Source: the human T2T-CHM13v2.0 reference genome, Homo sapiens
DNA: 64,000 nucleotides
Reading direction: 5' to 3' (one strand)
NCBI RefSeq assembly: GCF_009914755.1
Contig: NC_060945.1
A program made the translations under genes and the position numbers. The notes beneath the pieces are model-generated. The model did not search any database and was not told the DNA's origin. It saw nothing but the letters and a program-made list of their open reading frames with translations. Below are positions 56,637 through 64,000 of the stretch, piece after piece. Every line of letters starts with the position of its first letter. The first letter of the stretch is position 1.

Positions 56637-57192
56637 GTGTTAGAGAGAATAATAGCCTCCCAAAAATGCCTATGATTTAGTCACCAGAATCTATTCATCT
56701 GTTACCTTACATGGAAAGCAGTACTTTGTGGGTGCTATTAAATTCTTGAGATGGAACAATTATTCTGGATTATCTAGATAGATACAACCTAATGATATAA
56801 TCTCTTTAGAGCAGGAAATCTTTCCTAGCTGGGCCAGAGAGCAAGATGAGACAGGAAAAAGAAAAGAGTTTCAAAGAGTGAGAGGGACAAGCTTTGATGT
56901 TGCTAGCTTTGCAGATGGACGAATAGGGTGAAAGGTGAGGAATATAGGTGGTTCCAGGAGGTGGAAATGGCCCTCACTTGAGAGACAGCCAAAAGATGGG
57001 AGCCTCTACCCTACACCACTAAGGATATGTACTCAGCCAACAGCCTAAATGAGGAAACAGGTTTTTTCTAGAGCCTTCTGAGAAGAATACAGCCTGCTTG
57101 AAACCTTTGCTGGATTTTGGATAATACATTTATGTTGTTCAAGTCATTAAATTGACTGTAATTTGTTATTGCACAATAGAAACCTAATAAAC
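56637..57192 (+). mobile_element. MLT1D/E-like MaLR LTR
   Basis: aataatagcctcccaaaaatg...tgttaccttacatgg...taatttgttattgcacaatagaaacctaata. Confidence 0.75.
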
Positions 57193-57193
57193 A

Positions 57194-57494
57194 GTCTGGG
57201 CGCAGTACCTCATGCCTGTAATCCCAGCACTTTGGGAGGCCGAAACGGGTGGATCACCTGAGGTCAGGAGTTTGAGACCAGCCTGGCCAACGTGGTGAAA
57301 CGCCGTCTCTGCTAAAAATACAAAAATTAGCTGGGCATGGTGGCGGGTGCCTGTAATCCCAACTACTCAGGAGGCTGAGGCTGGAGATTGGTGTGAACCT
57401 GGGAGGTGGAGGTTGCAGTGAGCCGAGGTCACGCCATTGTACTACAGCCTGAGTGACAGGAGAAAAACTCCATCTCAAAAAAAAGAAAGAAAGA

Positions 57495-57552
<58 letters not shown>

Positions 57553-57600
57553 AAAAAGAAAGAAAGAGAGAAAGAGAGAAAGAGAAAGAAAGAAAGAAAG
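57194..57600 (+). mobile_element. AluSx with an expanded (GAAA)n tail
   Basis: Full dimer; purine-only tail 57477-57600; TSD ctaataaaca. Confidence 0.94.
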
Positions 57601-59096
57601 CTAATAAACACCATAACAATGTTTCTTTCTCTGAATTCTTTTAGAACTTGCTAAGCATCCTAATGTAGTTATCAATGAGGAATCGTATACTGCATTGTAA
57701 GAAGATGTGCGAATGTTTTAAAAAATATATTTTTACAAGTCTCTAGTGTTTGAGTTTATTCGGGTCTATTGGTTCAAGGGTTCTAGTATTAAAGTCACAA
57801 GTGATTAAGCGCCACACTACACAATTATGTATCCATTATTTAGCACAGAAATTTGGAACAGAGGAGGCAAGTCAGTAGAAAATTCCATAAATTTGAGTAC
57901 TTTTTATGATTTCCTTAAAAAACAGAAAAGAAATGAAAATAAAATATGCATTAACTTTAAGTAAAAGAGGTATAAATGTAATGTTACTATATATTTCATT
58001 TCTTGAATAACATATGAAAGATTTTTTTAAAGTCACATTTAAGCTAAGACAATTGTCTTTAAAATAGCTCTGTTAAATTTTGGACAAAGTGTCTTTGGCT
58101 TTCCCTCATTCTTCATTTTCTCTTTCATTTTCTTTTTTCATCTATCCTAAGTACAGAAGTCACAAAATAGATAGCATAAAATATTTATTGAGCTCTTCAA
58201 ATATCCATTCAAAAATTCTCTGATAAAGACATTTTTCAAAGCACCACCAAACAGAGATAACTCAAAGGACCAGCAAGCAATTTAAATATCTCATGTAATA
58301 CTTAATTTTAAGTATCTCTATGCATATCTATTGGTCTCATTATTTTCTGAAAGTCTGACCCCGGAGCTCTGATACCCAAGCTCATTTGAATCTTTGTGAA
58401 TGTATGGATTTTTCCTTCCTCATTAGAGTAGAATGTACAGATTTTTCTTTCCTCATGATGGTTCAGCTCACTTATACCTATTAAATAACTGGTGAGAATG
58501 TTTTTGACTTCATCTTTACCCTTAAATTTAACATTTAAATATAAATATCAGTTGCACTTTAAAAATTCTCTTATCCACTAAGCATTCAGTTTAGAAAGTG
58601 TTGTGTACATCATGAGAAATAGAACTGCATGATGTAAGATTTGTGCTTTATTTAGCATGGGGGATAAACGTATTTATATTACAGCGTATATGTTTGATTT
58701 TCACAATTTTTGTTTTGTCCAAATTTTCACAATAAGGCCCAAAATATTCACTTTTTATGTTCTCTTCAATCCTCTATCTTGATTCTACTTTGCATCCAAG
58801 TATCTGGGATGAAAAGAAAATTAGTTGAAAGTTTTAGGACTTTAAGTGAGTAGATTTTTATTACTGCCCTGAAAAAAAAATTAAAAAGGACATGTCATGA
58901 AAACAATGGGTTCTAGAAAAAAAACAAAGCTGATATTTCTAATACAGTAAGAAAATAGATATAATTATCAACTCCAAAAGAGGTCATTGTACTAGCACAT
59001 CCTATGGAGTGGCTGGGCTGTTAGCAGCAGAAGGCAACCCTAATGACAAACATACAACCAAAAGCCCCAGACAAGCAAACTGTTGCACACAGGGCA

Positions 59097-59097
<1 letters not shown>

Positions 59098-59132
<35 letters not shown>
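59098..59132. repeat. (TG)17 microsatellite
   Basis: Read directly. Confidence 0.95.
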
Positions 59133-59135
<3 letters not shown>

Positions 59136-61658
59136 CTTGCATATATGTTTCAACTGAAATCCACTTGTGTTTGAGCCTTTGATAATATTCGGACTGGACT
59201 TTGTGTTATTAAAATCTTGATTTCAAAGTGTGATTTCAGAAACAGGGAACCCTGAGATGCTCCCTGGCTAGACGCTCTTTTGATGGATTCATGACTGCTG
59301 AGCTAGCCTTTCAATGGGCCACAATAACTTTACTTCCAGGAAACAGCATCAGGTCAACAAATTACTTGTTTGTGGTCTGTTTGTTTTCTCAGGTCTGGAT
59401 TTTCTTTGATCTTGGGTAAGCTCAAACTAATTTGGAATAAAATGAAAACAGTTCTCTGCTTCCCCACCTTTAATCAGTAATGCCCCTGACTGTTTTAATT
59501 AGAAGCAAAAGAACAGTTCTCTGTCAACTCAAGGCAAAGGACATGCAGTCCTGCCGTGGCAGAGGGAGTTGGATCCCAGGGTGGAAAGCAAGGCAATATG
59601 AAATAATGTTTGGCCCTATTTTCTTAGGGAAAAAGAGGAAGGTTTTGCTTCTCTCTAGTTTAAGTTACAGCACACCCTTTCCTCTTTATTTTTTGTAACT
59701 TCTCTTCTACCGTCCAGTAATTCTTCCAACCCTGCCTCTGTTCCCAATTGGTACTGTAAGGCACTGGCATTTTCCACAGGAGAATCTTGATTATAATCCT
59801 TCAATCAACTTGCTGAGTTAAGCATATGCTTTCATCAAAAACTATATAAAACCTGTGTGGCAAAGACTGATACCTTTTGTTCTTTGGTTGGAATCAAAGT
59901 GTATACAACTTTAAACCATCTTTTATGAAACCAGCACTTTTATTTCTCCTTATCATTTCTCTTCAGTAGGACTGCTATAAATTAGACATAGCAGCTCTTG
60001 TTTTTATTAAACAGCACATTACTGAGACAATTTATTCAAAATGCAAGATTTCATAAGCTGGACCAGTAGCTTCAAAAGGGTGAATACAGGCTTTAGAATT
60101 TGGTACCCTTACACAACACAAATCTATAATGTTTTCATGTAACTATATAGAAGTGCGTTTTTGTTAATATCATTTCTTCATTTTGGTTAGTGTTTCTTCT
60201 TCACTTCCTTATGAATTATGCATAAGTGAGAAAACAAGCCTTTTTTCATGTACAATGATCCTATTTTCCTGAACAGAACCCTGGCTGAACAGTATTAAAA
60301 TTCAGGTTCCAAAATGAGCCAGTGGTAGAGAAGAAATAGAGTGGAAATTTAACACATCCATTTATTATACACTTTAAAATGCAACAGGGACAGATGCCTC
60401 ATGATGTTTCTCCTCAGCTGTGATCACTTTCTCTACAATGTTGAACTAGTGGCTCTCGCTCTAGGGACTATCTGGACAATTACCTGCAGCTTGGAGTCAT
60501 TACGGAGATGATCGTCAAGGAACTGGCTCATGGGTTACACTCACTGCTCTGTTCCTAACTTCCTGTGTAAACAACTCTGGAGCTTAAATTTTTCTTATCT
60601 ATATTATAAAAATATGTAAATAATTTCTAAAATTTAGAAAAGTTATATAATTTTAATTCTAAATGTAACTGACAGATGGTGGAATTTCTCCCTTTTTTGG
60701 CAACAATTTATTTAAAGTTTGGAATAGAGATTTTGGTCATCTCAATCACTGCATCTCTCTATCCCTGGTATCAGCATGTTTAAGTCATCCGAACACTGTA
60801 TACACCATGAAATTCTACAAGATATTATGTAAATGAGCCAAATTTACAACTTTGGATAGAGAAACTGATTTTAAAAATATAGTTAATAATCCATAAATGA
60901 TGAAGAGGTATGTTTTCTGCTAGCTTATAGTTATGGTGGTGGAGTGAGGGGCAGATGTTCTTCTCCTCTTTGTATTTCCTCTGGACAGTAATGTACTTAT
61001 TCTCTAATGCAGCACCTTTTAATAAATGTTTAGTTTCTAACCTCTTGTGATTTTGTTAGTCTCAGCATTTTCTTATTTTTCAGCAGAACTGGCTGTGAAT
61101 TAGAATCTTTTCTATAAAGTTGCTATAAAATTGCCACCAACAACCAAAACACAGCCAGCTGACACACTACCAAAAGTGGTGTGATTATTACAAAGTGCCC
61201 CCACATATTTTTGTGTGACCCTACATGAACAACAACAACAAAATTTGGGATGCTCTCCTTTCAATTTTAAGCAGAGGAATTAGTTCAACTAAGCAAATAG
61301 TCAAGGATAATAAGATTCCTGAGAGAGTAGAGAAAAACAGGGACAATCGTATTTATCTTTTGTAAAATCAAGTTTATAAGAATATGTCTCAGGGCCACAG
61401 TTAATAAAATATCTATTTGTTTTCTTGAGAACCACAACGAAGATATTTGTGTAAAAGGTCATCCATAGATGCCCTACGGAGTTAACAGCACAATTGAGGT
61501 CTTGCTGCTTCTGTTACAAGAGTGCTTCAAACGTACCATTCAACTGATAGAATCTATTGGACCTTGTTAGAGTCCCTCACCCCATTCTTGCAACAGTTCC
61601 CAGAAAAGAAGAGGAATGTGCTTTTCAGAGACTTATGTCTCTACTGGAGCCCCCTTGA

Positions 61659-62028
<370 letters not shown>

Positions 62029-62049
62029 GACACATACAATTTCTAGATT

Positions 62050-62180
62050 GTTATTTATTTATTTGTTTGTTTGTTTTTGAGACAGAGTCTGGCTCTGTCG
62101 CCCAGGCTGGAGTGCAGTGGCGCAATCTTGGCTCACTGCAACCTCTGCCGCCTGGGTTCAAGTAATTCTCCCACCTCAGC
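62050..62180 (-). mobile_element. 5'-truncated Alu (3' ~100 nt plus tail)
   Basis: gagacagagtctggctctgtcgccc...cacctcagc, then cactttctagat. Confidence 0.9.
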
Positions 62181-62614
62181 CACTTTCTAGATCTTGTAGG
62201 ACAAGAAGTTGCCACATGGTGAGAAGGAAAAAGGACAGATTATGAGCAGGAACTGAGTAATTTTTACCTATGACCCTGGGACTCATTTAACCTCTAATCA
62301 AACAGAGAAAACTACAGTAACCATAATTATTCTTAAGACAGATTATGCATGAATATATCATTGATTTTATTGCCTAATTCAGCAGAGGAATTACTAATAG
62401 ATATTTTGCTAGTTCTACAGGAAGATAGTGTAGAAACATAAGCTAATCAATGCCTCATTTCTGATATTTCTTACCTAGTATGGTGATTAGCTTCAGTGTT
62501 TTTAAATCATTCTCTAAAAAGTACATCCCTGCCTGATTTTCTTTCCATGTGTTCTGTTGATTACTGAGAAAGAAATGTCAAAGTCTTCAACTGTAATAGT
62601 GGATCTATGTGTTT

Positions 62615-62980
62615 GTTTTATTTATTTATTTTTAAATATTTTATTTCCATAGGCTTTGGGGAACAGGTGGTATTTTGGTTACATGAGTAAGTTCTTTCGT
62701 GGTGATTTGTGAGGTTTTGGTGCACCCATCATCCAAGCAGTATACACTGAACTCAATTTGTAGTCTTCTATCCCTCATTCCCCTCACACCCTTTCCCCTA
62801 GTCCCCAAAGTCCCTCCTATCATTCTTACGCCTTTGCAACCTCACAGCTTAGCTCCCACTTATGAGTGAGAATATACGATGTTTGGTTTTTCCATCCCTG
62901 AGTTACTTCTCTTAGAATAATAATCTCCAGTTCCATCCAACTTGCTGCAAATGCCATTCATTCATTCCTTATGACTGAGT
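62615..62980 (-). mobile_element. L1PB 3' end
   Basis: tttccataggctttggggaacaggtggtattttggttacatgagtaagttcttt. Confidence 0.88.
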
Positions 62981-63019
62981 TTGTTTTAATTTTCCTTTCA
63001 GTTTATCCAGTTTTGGCTT

Positions 63020-63398
63020 TATTATTTTATTTTTGTTTGTTTTTGTTATTGTAGTAAAATACACTTAATATAAAATTTATCATTTTAACTATTTTAAATG
63101 TAACGTTCAATAGTATTAAATACATCCAGTATGTCATGCATCCATCACCACCATAACACTTTTTGTCTTATAAAATGGAACTCCCCATTCCTCCCTCTCT
63201 CCAGCTCCTGGCACCAACCATTCTATTTCGTATCTCTATGATTTTTGACCACTCTAATTACCTCATATAAGTAGAATCACAGGGTATTTGCCTTTTTATG
63301 ACTGGCTTATTTCACTTAGCATAATGTCCTTAAGCTTCATCCATGTTGTAGCATTTATCATAATTTTCTTTCTTTTTAAGGCTAAATAATATTCTATC

Positions 63399-63459
<61 letters not shown>

Positions 63460-64000
63460 CACCACACTTTGCTTATCCATTTATCTGTTGGTGGAAACGG
63501 CTTGCTTCCACATTTTGCTATCATGAGTAATGCTGAAATAAATTTGGTAAATATCTCTTCAAGACCCTGATTTTAGTTATTTTGGATATATACTGAGACA
63601 CGTAAATGCTGTATTATATGGTAACTGTATTTTTAATTTCTTGAGACACCACCATACTTTCTTCCAGCTGTACAATCTTATACTCCTATCAATACTACAC
63701 AAGGGATCTAATTTCTCCACATGCTTGCTAACATTTGTTATTTTCTGTTTTTTGTTTTTTAATAGTAGTCATCCTAATGGGTATTGAGTGCTATGTTCTT
63801 GTTTTGATTTGAAGTTATCTGATGATTAATGAACATGGAATAGAATAGAGAGCTCATAAGCAAATCCTCACCTGTATGGCCAAATGTTTTTTGACAAGGG
63901 TGCCATGATTATTAAATGAGAAAAGAACAATCTTTTCAATAAATGATACTGAAAACTGTATATCCACATGCAAAATAAAGATTTTGGAACTTTACCTAAC
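63020..64000 (-). mobile_element. L1MB 3' end with an inverted upstream segment from ~63835 (runs off the window)
   Basis: Antisense 3' UTR cctggcaccaaccattcta...cctcatataagtagaatca; then sense atggaatagaatagagagc...tgacaagggtgcca. Confidence 0.85.
63399..63461. repeat. Compound (AT)n(AC)n(AT)n microsatellite
   Basis: Read directly; ~60 bp of alternating purine-pyrimidine. Confidence 0.95.

Noticed and set aside
57254-57644. Phe/Ser-rich and Lys/Glu/Arg-rich ORFs (also 23318-23647)
   Set aside because: Translations of simple repeats and Alu

Overview
AT-rich, repeat-dense primate genomic DNA, almost certainly human: it carries an Alu with 4 of the 5 AluYa5 diagnostic bases, a largely human-specific lineage. 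I find no convincing protein-coding gene, structural RNA gene or CRISPR array. Every longer ORF in the track comes from L1 ORF2, Alu, THE1/LTR or low-complexity sequence. The window is a mosaic of about 18 Alus, nested old L1s (mostly on the minus strand), LTR elements (solo LTR12, rearranged THE1A, broken solo LTR1, MSTA, MLT1/MLT2, MER39-like, LTR16, LTR33), DNA transposons (MER94, MER58A, Tigger4a), and L2/L3/MIR relics. The most notable structures are: (1) an unassigned ~330-bp fold-back element with a 9-bp flanking direct repeat and an 'empty-site-like' similar stretch 15.6 kb away; (2) a solo LTR1 split by a small inversion, with both halves tied together by their shared CTAC target-site duplication (TSD); (3) several templated insertions inside old repeats; (4) two clusters of closely spaced GT-AG splice signals in unique DNA that may mark unannotated spliced transcripts. 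Repeat subfamily names are from memory of consensus sequences, boundaries of old elements are approximate, and no database was searched. I found no evidence for a complete new biological system.
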